Origin: Octopus sinensis
Lineage: Eukaryota
Length of the DNA: 64,000 bases
Assembly (NCBI RefSeq): GCF_006345805.1
Contig: NC_043015.1
Coordinates: forward strand, 17,918,001-17,982,000
Reading direction: 5' to 3'
Positions 1-12,460 of this stretch are shown piece after piece. Made by a program: the position numbers and the translations under genes. A model generated the notes under the pieces. It was not told the origin of the DNA. It saw only the letters and a program-made list of their open reading frames with translations, and did no database searches. Numbering within the stretch: the first letter of the stretch is position 1; each line of letters opens with the position of its first letter.

Positions 1-311
1 TAAATTTGCAACATCTAAAATAGCTGATACATGAATTGGACAATTGAAACTGTGTAGCATTTCTGATATCATAAATAAGTAAAGATCAAAATGTGACATT
101 ACTGTGATGTAAAAAAAAGCTGGATAGGTATCACTGGCAATTGTGAGGATTGAAAAGAATCATAGGTAGAGGGAGAACCTGCATATATTAACATGCTGGG
201 GAGATAATACCATCTAGAGATTAACATCAGAGAGAACTATTTAGAAATTAACAGAAAAAATATTTAATGATTGACAACAAGGATAAGTAGGGTCAAAGTC
301 ATTCACTGAAA

Positions 312-317
312 TTTATT
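312..317 (-). promoter_or_regulatory. Candidate polyadenylation signal of WTAP
   Basis: AATAAA on the minus strand about 260 nt after the stop codon. AT-rich context, so weak evidence. Confidence 0.3.
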
Positions 318-575
318 CAAACAAAAAGAAAAAAAAAACATCTCTGGAATTGCTTCTGCATTTCCAATTACTGAATCTTAGTGGCAGTTTCAGGAACACT
401 ACATATATGTAAAAGTGGTTTCTTACAAATATCAAAGAGGACAGAGACAAATGGATAAAGATGAAATAGTTGGAATTGTGATCTTTTGTGGGGACATAAA
501 AAAGTGACAATAAAAATGAAGAAAATAACATGACTAAAAACAAATGGAATGAAGAATATTTAAAAGCCAATTTGA

Positions 576-1768
576 TTAGTTGTCTTCATCTTCTGACATC
601 ACTGATATAGTACCATTATTGCCTGATACTGGGCTTGTCTCTTCACAAACAATATTACTGCTAGTTTTGTCTGTCCACTTGTTATTGTGGCTGTTTAAGA
701 GGGAACTTTCAGCAGTTAAAGCCTCATCACTAACAGTCTCAGATGTATCCATAGGTGTCTGTTCAACTGTCTCTTCAGTTAAATCTTTAGCAATTGGACT
801 CATACTTTGATCCACTTCATAAGTGCCAAATTTAACAGGAAGAGGGGAAGTTTGGAAGTGACTGGAACCAGAATTATGATTTAATAAAGGAGATGGCACC
901 CTTTCAGATGACAGTACAGTTGTTGGGGAGTGCACAACCACTGAATTCAATGAACTAATTTGTGTAGTTGACACAGTAATGTCAGTCTCAGAAGAGCTGG
1001 GATCCGCAGTTGGAGATGAACCTGCACTGTGAGGTGTCAATCTGTCACATGCTTCTTCATCAGTTTTACACTTGTTGTCAAGTTCACAAGGTTCCTCAGC
1101 AGGAATGCTATTATCAACAACAGAATCTATTTCCATATTTATTGTTTCTTCAACAACATTTTCTGCTAAACTAATGTTGTTTTCCACAATATTAGTGTTG
1201 GTAATGGTGTTGTTATCACAACTATCCTCCTCTTCCTCCTCCTCTAAATCCTCCTCCTCCTCCTCGTCATCATCATCATCATCATCACCATCATCATTAT
1301 CACCCTCATCATCATCATCGTCATCATCATCATCATCATTATCATCATCATCATTATTATCTACACTACTATCATTATCAGTAGCACCAATGTATTTACT
1401 GTCTTTATTAACAAACATGGGTGGGGAATAGTCATCAGTCGTTAGTATGTCTTGGGCCTGTGGTTGAACACTTTCTGCAATTGTACCATTGTTAGAATCT
1501 AGCTGAGACATCACATTGTCTGCAACAGTTACTGGTGTCTCAGATTGTTCTGTTCTAGCTACACTAGAAATAGCTGGAGAGCTTGACTGTTCACTGGCTG
1601 GTTCACATTCAGTTTCATTTACAGGAACAAGAGCTTTGAGCTTTTTATTTTCTTCTTTTAGTTGGTTCATCTGTTCTTTGGACTCTTTTAACTGTTGCTG
1701 CAATAAATATATCATGCTCTGCATACCCTCAACATCTTCATCAATCTCAGCCAAGAATTCGTCTAAAT
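576..1768 (-). CDS. WTAP: WTAP/fl(2)d homologue, terminal coding exon (end of coiled coil plus long acidic, Ser/Thr-rich disordered tail)
   Basis: Acceptor tttcatgcAG at 1769-1770. The exon reads (D)LDEFLAEIDEDVEGMQSMIYLLQQQLKESKEQ, matching the conserved WTAP/Fl(2)d motif DEEVEGMQSTILxLQQQLKE, and is open to TAA at 576-578. The phase-1 junction fits the upstream exon. Confidence 0.9.
1225..1378 (-). repeat. Imperfect (GAT)n/(GAG)n trinucleotide repeat encoding a poly-Asp/Glu tract in WTAP
   Basis: Plus strand shows tcc/tca-tca repeats. The protein reads DNDSSVDNNDDDDNDDDDDDDDDEGDNDDGDDDDDDDEEEEEDLEEEEEED. Confidence 0.9.
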
Positions 1769-2282
1769 CTGCATGAAAAAAAAAAAGAAAAAAATATTAA
1801 AACAAAATGTTAATATTGTTAGCCTACCTGAGACCACTCACCACTGGTTCTATGACACAGACTGTTTTAAAGTGATCTAAATTATAAATTTAGATCACTG
1901 TTAGGCTGTTATGTAGGTAAATACATACACACACACACATACCTATCAGCTAATTATAAAGTTGATGTATATAAGTTTTAAAAAATCTCTGCATTCTCTA
2001 TGAGTGGTCATTGTAACCATTTGACATTAACCTAGTTTTCCTAATGCTAAATCTGTTTGCCAAATAGTAGTAAAAGGCATCTGTAGTGTGACAACCCTTT
2101 CTCTCTACCTCATTTCAAATCCTTCTAGCAGTTCAAAACAACTGAATATTTTTCAGTCAGTTGATAAACTCCACTATCTTAAATGTTCTTAAAATTTAAA
2201 TCCACATCTTTGTCTATATATCTACCTCCTCTATAATGTTATCAATTGATATGAAAATTATGTATTAATGGAAAACCTCTAT

Positions 2283-2410
2283 TAATGGCTGATGAGTGCT
2301 CAGCATTTTAAAACTGTTGTAATACTTACAACATTTAATAAAATGATGTAGCGTGAAACAATTGTACCAAATTACCGAAGTTATTCTTGTTGCTTATTTT
2401 GATTATAACC
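2283..2410 (+). repeat. Dispersed repeat fragment related to 44855-44985 (minus); possible Penelope-type terminal repeat
   Basis: ggctgatgagtgctcagcattttaaaactgttgtaatacttac...ttgttgcttattttgattata aligns by eye with the reverse complement of the 44.9-kb segment. Confidence 0.45.
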
Positions 2411-2461
2411 ACCTCATGGATTTATATGGATAACACCATACAAAATTCTGTAGGTAAGACA

Positions 2462-2502
<41 letters not shown>

Positions 2503-2980
2503 AGATGGAAACACATGATCATATATACACACATACACACTCCACACATATATGCATACACACAGATACATAAGTGCATACATAAGCACACATGCACACA
2601 AACAGACAAAACAGAATGCAGCTCCAATAACAGATGGAATCAACATCCATTGACAAAGTTGTAAAAGCAACGAAAATTTTGGAAGAAAAAATATAAATAA
2701 TAAATGAGTGGAAATCAAACACGAGTCTCTCCAGATACAACCTAATTTGCTTCAACGCACAAGTTCCCATAATGAACCTTGCAAACCAGATACAAAAACG
2801 AAGTAAATTATAAATCTTCCATCAAAATTTTATGGTAATTTGTTCTTGACACCAGCTTAATAACGAGGAAGTTACTAAATTCTTCATTATTTAACAAATT
2901 AAATAGTAACAAAACAGTATATGTCAATAGAAATACAGTTACAAAAAGTTTAAAAACCTATTTCATTTATAACAGCTGAG

Positions 2981-3084
2981 AGCTTTCTGGTACAGAGAAG
3001 AGAATTCCAGTATAGACGAAAGATTTCCGGTACAAAGGAAATCTCTCCTCTGTACCGGAAATTTCTCCTCTGTACAAGAAAGCT
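2981..3084. repeat. Small inverted repeat (~32-bp arms), MITE-like
   Basis: agctttctggtacagagaagagaattccagta versus taccggaaatttctcctctgtacaagaaagct, with internal ctctcctctgtac repeats. Confidence 0.6.
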
Positions 3085-3479
3085 ATCATGGCTCTGCCCC
3101 CACCACCAGTACTGGAAGTCTGTCCACTGTACCAGAAGGCTCTCATAGCCCCCCTCCCCCATCAGTAGTCTTATTCATGTTACTGCATGCATTAAAAGGA
3201 GACTGTGTTACTTATTTAGTCAATTAACAAACCCCCTATTTCCTTGTTACTTACAAACGAATTGACCAATTAGCTGTTATATTTAATTACTTATCTTTTT
3301 ACATTTGTATGAATAGTGCTTATATTACATTCACTTCCAATAAAAGCAGCAAATTTTTACGTGAATGAATAATGGTAGATTAATGCGAGAACAACTGATA
3401 TGATATGTCTGTTTTCAAACGTTTATTGAAACCTTCTTTTCAGATGGTGAATGCCATACCCACCCTTGCATGTTCCCTT

Positions 3480-5690
3480 CCACATTTCAGAGTTGGTATC
3501 ATTAATGTAGGCTCATTGAAAGGAAGAGCGTTGAGATGCTTGAAAGGAGGTGTTGATGTTTGCTGCATTCAAGAAGTTAGGTGAAGGGGAGCTCCAGTCA
3601 GGTTCCTCATGGGCAAGACAAATAGGTATAAAATCTTCTGAGAAGGTAACAGTGACAAGGTAGGTGGGTGGGCATACTTTAGGCAGAGAAATGGGTTGAT
3701 AAGGTCATTGAAGTAGTCAGAGTGCACAATAGAGTACTTAAGCTTAGGCTAGTTTTTCAGATTAGTACGGCAACAATTATCTCTGCCTATGTTCCCCAGG
3801 TGTGTCTGCTAGGAAGCCAGTCACCTATCAATTGGGTGACCATGCTAGCCAGATTGATTACATTCTCATCAGAAAGCATGGTACATAGTTGCTCATAAAT
3901 GCAAAGACATCCCCGAGTGAAGAATGTACCCCCCAGCATATATTAGTTATTAGTGACTTTGGACTTCAGGCTAGAAGGATTCCAAGAAGCACACACTGGT
4001 TTGGAAAAGAAGGACTTGGAAACTTAAGGATCTTCTAAATGGTCAGGAATTTAGGGACTTGAGAAATTTAATGAGAAGAAGGAGGAGCTACAGATATGTA
4101 ACATAGAAGGTTGATAAGGTAATCGAGGTAGTCAGAGTATGCGATAGAATACTTAAGATTAGATTAGTGCTCCATCATGGGTTAGCAACCATTATCTCGG
4201 CCTATGCCCCTCAGCCAGGGCTACCCGATGGACAGAAAGACCGATTTTATGACACCCTCTTACAGACTACCTCACTGACGAATGACAGGGCCTTCTCTTT
4301 GTGGCTGGTGACTTCAATGGACATTCAGGGGGCTTCTATGGCATACATGGAGACTATGGTTTTGGTTCCTGCAATGAGGAGGGAACCAGGCTGTTGGAGT
4401 TCTGTGATGCAAATGATCTTATGGTTTGCAATACTAACTTCAGGAAACCTGCCAGTCACCTAGTCACCTACTGTTCTGGCAGACATACTAGTCAGATTAA
4501 CTACATCCTTGCCAGAAAAAGGGAAAGATGGCTGCTTATAAATGCCAAAACCTTCCCAGGTGAAGAATGTACCCCACAACATAGACTAGTAGTTAGCAAC
4601 TTCAGGTTCAGGGCTAAATGGATGCCCAAGAGATGACCAGCATGGAGGAGAGGGGTCTAGAAGCTTAAAGATCCTGCAAATGGACAGAGATTTAGAGACA
4701 TATTACTTGAAGCCTTTCATGAAATGGGAGATATAGCATCACATGATGTGGAAGACAACTGGAGGTTTCTACAGGACAACCTGCTGAGGGCCACTGACCT
4801 GATCTGTGAATGGTGCAAAGTCCCCTCTCAACCCAAGGTAATGTGGTGGTGGAACAATGTTCTTGACAAGGCTATTAGACAAAAGAAACAGACTTGGAAG
4901 GACTGGAAGAACGGTGGTAGCAAGGAACTGTATCAGACTGCCAGAACGGAAGCTAGGAGACAGGTTTATTTAGCCAGAGGGGAAGCAGATAAGAAAAAAT
5001 TTGCCAATGTTCTGCGCTGTGAGGACCAAAGACTTGAGGTATTTCGTGTTGCAAGACAGTGTGTGAGAGAGAATCGTGATGTTGTAGGAGAAAAATGTGT
5101 TCGCATGGATGATGGTTTACTTGCATTAAAAAAGGCTGCAAAGAGAGAGGTTTGGAGATGCCACTATGAAAGGTTGCTGAATAAAGATAATGAATGGGAG
5201 AAAGAGAGTCTGCCGAATGTCGACCCAACAGAGGGACCAGCTATCCAAGTTGACAGTACCTTGGTAGATAAAGCAATTAAAAGTATGAAAACAAGGAAAG
5301 CCCCCAGCCCATCAGGAATCACCACAGAGATGCTCAAAATATCTGGTGGTGTTGGCTATAGCCTAGTCACCCATATAGTTAACCAAATGATGCAAGGAGT
5401 CATACCCAATGACTGGTGTAGCAGCACCATAGTCAATTGCTACAAACGTTAAGGTGACGCTTCAGATACAAATAATTACAGAGGTATCAAGTTGTTGGCT
5501 CAGGTAATGAAGGGTCATAGCCCAACTAGTTAGGGAGAGAGTCAGTCTAGATGAGATGCAGTTTGGGTTTGTGCCAGGGAAAAGCACCAGTGATGCTATA
5601 TTTCTGGTAAGACAGCTGCAAGAGAAATACCTAGCCAAAGATAAACCTCTGTACCTGGCTTTGACATGGAGAATGCCTTTGACAGGGTAA
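3480..5690 (+). mobile_element. Decayed RTE-clade LINE(s): APE endonuclease and N-terminal RT, interrupted by stops and frameshifts
   Basis: ORFs 4301-4636 (AGDFNGH, SQINYIL, PQHRLVV) and 4724-5452 (KAPSPSGIT, NDWCSSTIV) match the RT at 12461-14101. The endonuclease segment occurs twice (~3690 and ~4110). Confidence 0.85.
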
Positions 5691-6416
5691 TCATCCCAGG
5701 AAAAAGGACTGTGATCTTAAAAATCATGTGATTTGTGGAAATATGCATAACAATGCATTAAAAGTTTATAAATTTCATCCTAGGATTATTGCTATTATTA
5801 TTATATCTATCCTACATCATGTCAATATAACTTGATGCAACCCTGAAAAACTGGCTTATTAGTCAGCATCATTAGATGGTAACTGGCATAATGGAATAGG
5901 AGCTTTATTTGCATATTCAAAAGGTTACCGTAAGCAAATTTAAAATGCACACACATACACAACAGGCTTCTTTTAGTTTCCACCTACCACATCCACTCAC
6001 AGGGCTTTGGATGGCCTGGAGCTATAGTGGAAGAAGCTCGAGGTGCCTCACAGTGGAACTGAACTCAAGACCACATGATTGGGAAGCAAGCTACACAGCC
6101 ACACCCGTATTTATGTCACAATAATAATTCCAATAACTATGCCAACATAACATCAGCTATTAGATTAATATAGCAAACATTGACCAGAATTGAAATATCA
6201 AAGGTATTATTAACTGCAACTCTCATTCCCAAACCGACAGAGTGTAATACAGTCTGGAAGAAGAGAAACTTTCCTCAAATATGACAAAAATGCTAAATTT
6301 ATATTTGAGAGAATTTTTCCATAACTAATAGGTTTACAAATTTAAAGTACTGTACAAATGCTACTAACTTCTTAAAAATACCTCCACTGGGTAGATAATA
6401 ACTTTTAAAAAGATAC

Positions 6417-6485
<69 letters not shown>

Positions 6486-6724
6486 AAAAAGGACAAGAAA
6501 ATTATTTGAAATAACAGCTAAATGTATTCAATTCAATACTAGAAGGCATATAGTATATACACACACCTAAAGCTCTGTGAGTGAATTTGGTAGACGGAAA
6601 CTGAAAGAAACCCATCATGTAAATATATATTGCTTGCTAACTGAGATCTACAAATATTGAAGTTATACAAACTGCTTTCTTTCCCTCTCTTAAATATTAC
6701 ATATTTAAGAGAAAGAACATCCAT

Positions 6725-7390
6725 TTGATGTTTCACCAATGCAATCCATTATCAACATTTAACATCTGTTGTTCATGCTGGCATAGGTTGGACATTTTGA
6801 CCAGGGCTGGCAAGCTGAGGGGCTGCACCAGACTCCAGTCTGATTTGGCATGGTTTCTACAGCTGGATGTCCTTCTTAATGCCAACCACTCTGAGAGTGT
6901 AATAGGTGCTTTTACATGCTACTGGTACGAGTGCTAGTTGCATGATACTAGTATCTGCCATGACTAGAATTTCACTTGACTTGATGGGTCTTCAACTGAA
7001 GCATGGCATATTGTCAATGGTCTCGATCATTTGTCATTACCTCCATGAGGCCCAACGCAACACTGGCATTGGCCACATTGCACTCATGAGGCTCAAAGCA
7101 TGAAAGGTGCTTATACGTGCCACCAGCACAAGTGCCAGTTACACGACACCAGCATTGGCCACATTGCTCCATGAGGCCTAATGCTTAAAAGGTACTTTTT
7201 ACATGCCACCTGCATGGGTACCAGGTATGTGACACTGGCATCAGCCACAACTACGATTTCATTTGGCTTGACAGGTTTTCTCAAGCATGGCATATTGCCA
7301 AAAAGGTCTCAATCACTAATCAGTGCCTCCATGAGGCCCAATGTTCAAAGATCATGCTTCACTTCCTTGTCCCATGTCTTCCTGAGGCCA
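6725..7390 (-). mobile_element. 3' end of the RTE family (RT C-terminus plus 3' UTR), diverged
   Basis: Shares ctacagctggatg(c)ccttc...gccaaccactctgagagtgt and ...gatcatgcttcac...gtccca with 11812-12570. Confidence 0.65.
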
Positions 7391-8855
7391 GGAGTACAGT
7401 TTTTTCCTTTAGAATGTATTAACATTCACACAATATGTACTTATATAAATGTTTGCAATCCATTTTCTCATTCATAATTCATTTGAGGCCAAGAATATAG
7501 TCTTTTTTTCAGAATATATGCATGTATTTAAGCATTATATTGTCTGAAGTAGAAAAACCCTCAAGCATTATTTTCTCACTCCATAGTAAGTTATTTATGA
7601 ACCACTCAGAGATTTACAGACACTCATCTCTATTTTTCCATCCCCTATCTACTGCTAGAAGTACATGATATTACCCAATGCAGCCAATTATTATTCTTTT
7701 ATTTTATTTACCTGGCCTTCAATGATTAAGGATCTGGGTGAATGGTGGTTCAGCTGAACAGTAATATTATATCTGTGTAGCTGATAATGTGTAAGAGCAG
7801 TTTGCTCACAGGCAAACTTCCCTGTAAACTTCTTTTTCAGCTGCTGAAATCTATACTGCAGCTCCCTACTCACTTTTACCATCTAGTACACATCCTTAGG
7901 GCAGCTACAGTCAATGTATATACATTGATAGGTAGGTCTGGTGAGATTGTTGAAATCTAGAACATAGACATGTAGAAGTGTGCCTTGTGCAAGAGGCAAG
8001 ATGGAGGCAGTTCTAAGTCAGACACCTCACAAAGAACAGAGGTATCAAATCTTCTGGGAAGGCAACAGTGATAGTGTGGGAGTGCAGGCATGGCCGAATT
8101 TATGAGGGTGCCAAGGGTGTAATTGCCTCAGACCCCCTTTGACAATGGGGTCCCTTCCTATGAAGGATATGGTAAGAAGGCCCATTCACTTCCCGGTAAT
8201 CTTGTACAAAGAGGCTGTCTTTCAAATTATAAACATCTTGAAAAAATGTAATGGAATCTCTTTAATGATAAATAACTATAAATTTTTCCACTTTAGCGAC
8301 AACAATAAAAAAAAAATTTCCTACCAGTCCCAAAAGTAGCTAAACTTTTTCTACTTTAGCGTCATCAACCCCCATACAATTTCCTTTCGGGGACTATTGT
8401 TGCTATGACAGAGAAAAGGAAAAATCTACCACTCTTGAAAATGAATGAATGAATATATGGGTGTGTTTGCGTATATGAATATATATAGAGATAAAGAATT
8501 AGATTGAAAGAAAGAAGTTTAATTCCTTGTTTTAACGCATGAGTGAGTAATGAATGATGGCAAATAATGGCACACATACACATGCACTCACACACACACA
8601 CAAACATGCACACACAAAAATTGTTACATGTAAATTTCATTATTTTAGTGAGGCATTGAAAACTGGTCTTATTTTAGGAAAGGGTAAGTAAGGAATGTTC
8701 CAAAATTTAAAATTTGAATTTTGTTTTAATTATCAAATTATGTCTCTCAACAGCTCAAAGCATTTTTCAGCTTTAGAATTATTGCATTTATGTTCACATG
8801 GTTTTCATTAAATTGAATCTTTTTTTCTTTTTCAGTATTTTTTATGAGGGTAACT

Positions 8856-10415
8856 GGGCAAAATGAGTAATTACCAATTTCTTAATTTCTCACTACCTGT
8901 TTGAAACCATTACATTGCAAGTAATGCATCAGCATTTTGCACTGTTGCATCATCTTTTTGGGAGTAAACATTGGTCACCTTAGATGCTGTTGCAGTAGAG
9001 AGAGTTTGAAACATAGTCAGATATGTAATTGAAGATGCTAATCAAATATTTACATATTTTTTGGTGTTTAACAAGCAATATTTTTACTATATTAATGTCC
9101 AATTTGATCATTTTCAATGTTCAAAAAAAAAAAAATGCAAAATTGGAACAAAATGAGTAATGACTAATTTTAATAATTTCTTCTCCTTAACGAACATGGT
9201 GCATAAATGTATCAGGAAGAGAACCAGGTGGAATTTTTGTGAATTCATAGGACTATGAAAGAAACCAAAATAAATTTTTGTGTGTGATTTAAGGGTTATT
9301 TAGTTGTTATTTTTAGCACATCTCACAACAATCTGGTACGCTCCTTGTTTGTTTGTCACTCTGATGTATTGATGTTTTTCAGTATCTTTCTTCCCATAAA
9401 CACATTTAATGATTTATTGCTGGGATTTAAGCAAAAAATCCGTACTGTCTGTATTTTAGACTGATTTTTAAAAAAATTCAAATAATAAAAATTTTTTTAA
9501 TGAGTAAAGTAGCTAGTTCTAAAATCTCTAAATGACATATAAGTAGATAAAATACTAGATGGTAACATTCTTTTACCACTATAACATGGCTGTGTTATAC
9601 AAAACAGTGTTACTACATTTTAACCCCAGGAAAACATCTTTTCCAGCTGGTTAATGATGCACAACCTGTGTCTGATATGGTGTGAGTAAGGGAGCAAATC
9701 ACTCCCCTCCAGCTTGGCAAGACCAGTAGACCATGGTCTCTGGATACCTGCCTGCTAGAGATGGCAGTCCCTACTCACAATATATAAACAGAGAAGTGGC
9801 AGACAACCACTGATCTCATAACGAGCAAAGTAGCTAGCTCTAAAATCTCTAAACAAGATATAAGTAGTAATAATACTAGATGGTAACATTTTTAAATTTT
9901 GAAAAATCAAAAAAATTTTTTTCTCAGTCATATGAATTCCCTTTTGTAGAATGCAAATTCGCAAAAAGTTTCTGAATATTCCAAAAAATTAAAAAAGGTT
10001 ATGAGAGGTTATGAGGTGCTTCAACCAGAATTCTGCTGAGAGCCATTCCCACAGATTATGAAGAGACTATAGAGAATATCTTACGTTGAGTTTCGTTAAT
10101 TTAATGAAATCTTTGTGGTGTCTAGTAATCGATATTGATATGTATGAATTTTTTATCAAATGCAATTCTGGAGAAATGAAGGAGCATTTACTTAATCGTG
10201 TCTTACTCATTTTGCCCCATCTAAATTTGTCTTTTATATGCTCAAAGAGAACAGAGATAATTTTCTGAAATAGTACTCTAAATATGTCACAGTGTTTTTA
10301 ATGCATTTAGAGGTCATTTGCTTGGCTGATGTAGTTTTGTTTGGTAGTGAACATGTGTAAAAATTTTTTTTTTCTCAATGATGAAAAATGTAGTAAATAT
10401 TACTCATTGTGCCCC
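8856..10415. mobile_element. Possible DNA-transposon remnant defined by repeated subterminal motifs
   Basis: The motif GGGCAAAATGAGTAA occurs forward at 8856 and (variant) 9145, and reversed at 10203-10218 and 10400-10415. No transposase ORF seen. Confidence 0.35.
9522..9890. repeat. ~301-bp unit with ~68-bp terminal direct repeat; distant relative of the hammerhead element family
   Basis: gagtaaagtagctagttctaaaatctctaaa...ggtaacatt at 9522 recurs at 9823. The interior contains ttttaaccccaggaaaaca, cctgtgtc and the palindrome agaccatggtct. Confidence 0.55.
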
Positions 10416-11148
10416 ACTACTTACAGGAAACTGGAAAAGCATACATTTGGAATAGCTGTCATATATGTTGGAATTTCTCCAGTTATGTCAGGATTTTCCC
10501 TTTCTTTCACACAAGCTCTTTTAAAACAAAAATTTAAAAAACCCATGTCTTTGAATGTTTGTCCCCCCCCCCCCTCACACGCACACACAGCCTTTGGAAC
10601 AGCAACAATCACTAAAATGATATACTTTTCTTTTTTGTAATTTTCTGTCATTTTATCATATTCTACATTCTGAAACATTTGTTACTTGCACCAGAGAAAA
10701 ATATCTTACCCTGCTCTTCCTTCCTTCATTGTATTATACTTTTCACAAAAGTGGATGTGTGAGAAAAAAGTTTCAATTCTGAAAAGTGTATCTATAAAAC
10801 AACATTTTCAATTTTGAAAAGTGTATCTATAAAGTGACATTCTCTGCTAACATGTGATACATGAATTTTGAGATTATAATTGGCTAATTTTCCAAGATTT
10901 TAATTCTTGTGTATGAGGGGGTCCACTGAATTTGAAGAGCCCTGGATCCTCCATGGTTTAAATCTGGTCCCGAGTGTAGACATATTTTTAGCAAAAAAAT
11001 GGGTGGATAAAGTGACCAAGGTGGACAGAGTACGTGACAGAATACTTGAGCTTAGGACTAGTCTTGGAAAATACAACAAAAACTTTTATCTCTGCTTATG
11101 TGACTCAATAGGGACTGCTGGACAAGCAAAAGGATTATTTTTATGCTG

Positions 11149-11199
<51 letters not shown>

Positions 11200-11983
11200 T
11201 ATATATATGCACATACAGACACACATGTATGCACACACATTTAACTACCCCCAAACCAAGATTCACCACTGCTCACACTTCCAGCCATTTTCACCATTGA
11301 CTGACTGTATTTACCTTTAGCCCTGTCTCTAACTATGTGACACAATCTTTCACTCTCTCACAAACCTGTTCACCCAGCCATCTTTGATTCTCTGTATCTA
11401 TTTTCTCTTGATCTTACTTCTTGGACCTTATACCCTAATAGCTCATCTCCACCATGCTTTCTCCCTTTCCTGCTGGGGTAGCTATGTATTTTGTATCTCC
11501 TCTACAGCAAGACACATGTTCTTATCTTTTTATCATACTTTACCTCTCTACATCTGACATAAAGCCACCTCCCTCAATAGTGTACTTACACTCAGCTAGG
11601 GGGATCTTTTCTTGCAAGTTACTTAGAGACTAATACCAGTGCCACAAAAAAATGTACTAAGAACACTCCATAAAGTGGCTGGAATTAGGAAGGGTATCCA
11701 ACTTTAGAAAAGATGCCAAAACACACACTGGAGATTGACACAGTTCTCTGGCTTGCCATCTCTTGTCAAACTATCCAGCCCATGCCATAATGGAATGCAG
11801 ACATTAAATCATCATCATCATCATCGTTTAACGTCAGCTTTCCATGCTAGCATGGGTTGGACGGTTCAACTGGGGTCTGGCAAGCCCGAAGGCTGTGCCA
11901 GGCCAGTCAGATCTGGCAGTGTTTCTACAGCTGGATGCCCTTCCTAACGCCAACCACTCCGAGAGTGTAGTGGGTGATTTTAT

Positions 11984-12290
11984 GTGCCAGACGAGGCTGG
12001 CAGACGGCCACGCTTGGATGGTGTTTTTTATGTGCCACTGACACAGGTGCCAGATGAGGCTGGCATACAGCCACGCTCGGATGGTGTTTTTTATGTGCCA
12101 ACGACACAGGTGCCAGACGAGGCTGGCAGACGGCCACGCTCGGATGGTGTTTTCTTATGTGCCACCGACACAGGTGCCAGACGAGGCTGGCGAACGGCCA
12201 CGCTCGGATGGTGTTTGTTACGTGTCCACAGCACGGAGGCCACCGATGCGGTACTGGCTACGGTCACGTTTGGATGGTATTCTTATGTGC
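11984..12290. repeat. 63-64-bp tandem repeat (~4.5 copies) in the RTE 3' UTR
   Basis: gtgccagacgaggctggcagacggccacgctcggatggtg... starts at 11984, 12047, 12110 and 12174. Confidence 0.9.
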
Positions 12291-12460
12291 CACAAGGATA
12301 CAAATTCCATTGATGTTCATCTATTTTGATTTGGTTTGATTTGATTTGATTTGATTTGATTTTCACTTGCCTCAACAGGTCTTCACAAGTGTCACAAGAA
12401 GGAAGGTATGCACAGGTGGACTGACTACGTCCCAGGTAGGGGCCACGGGTTATGGCTTCA

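Noticed and set aside
580-1776. Plus-strand ORFs of 76, 119 and 86 aa
   Set aside because: Antisense shadows of the WTAP exon and its trinucleotide repeat.
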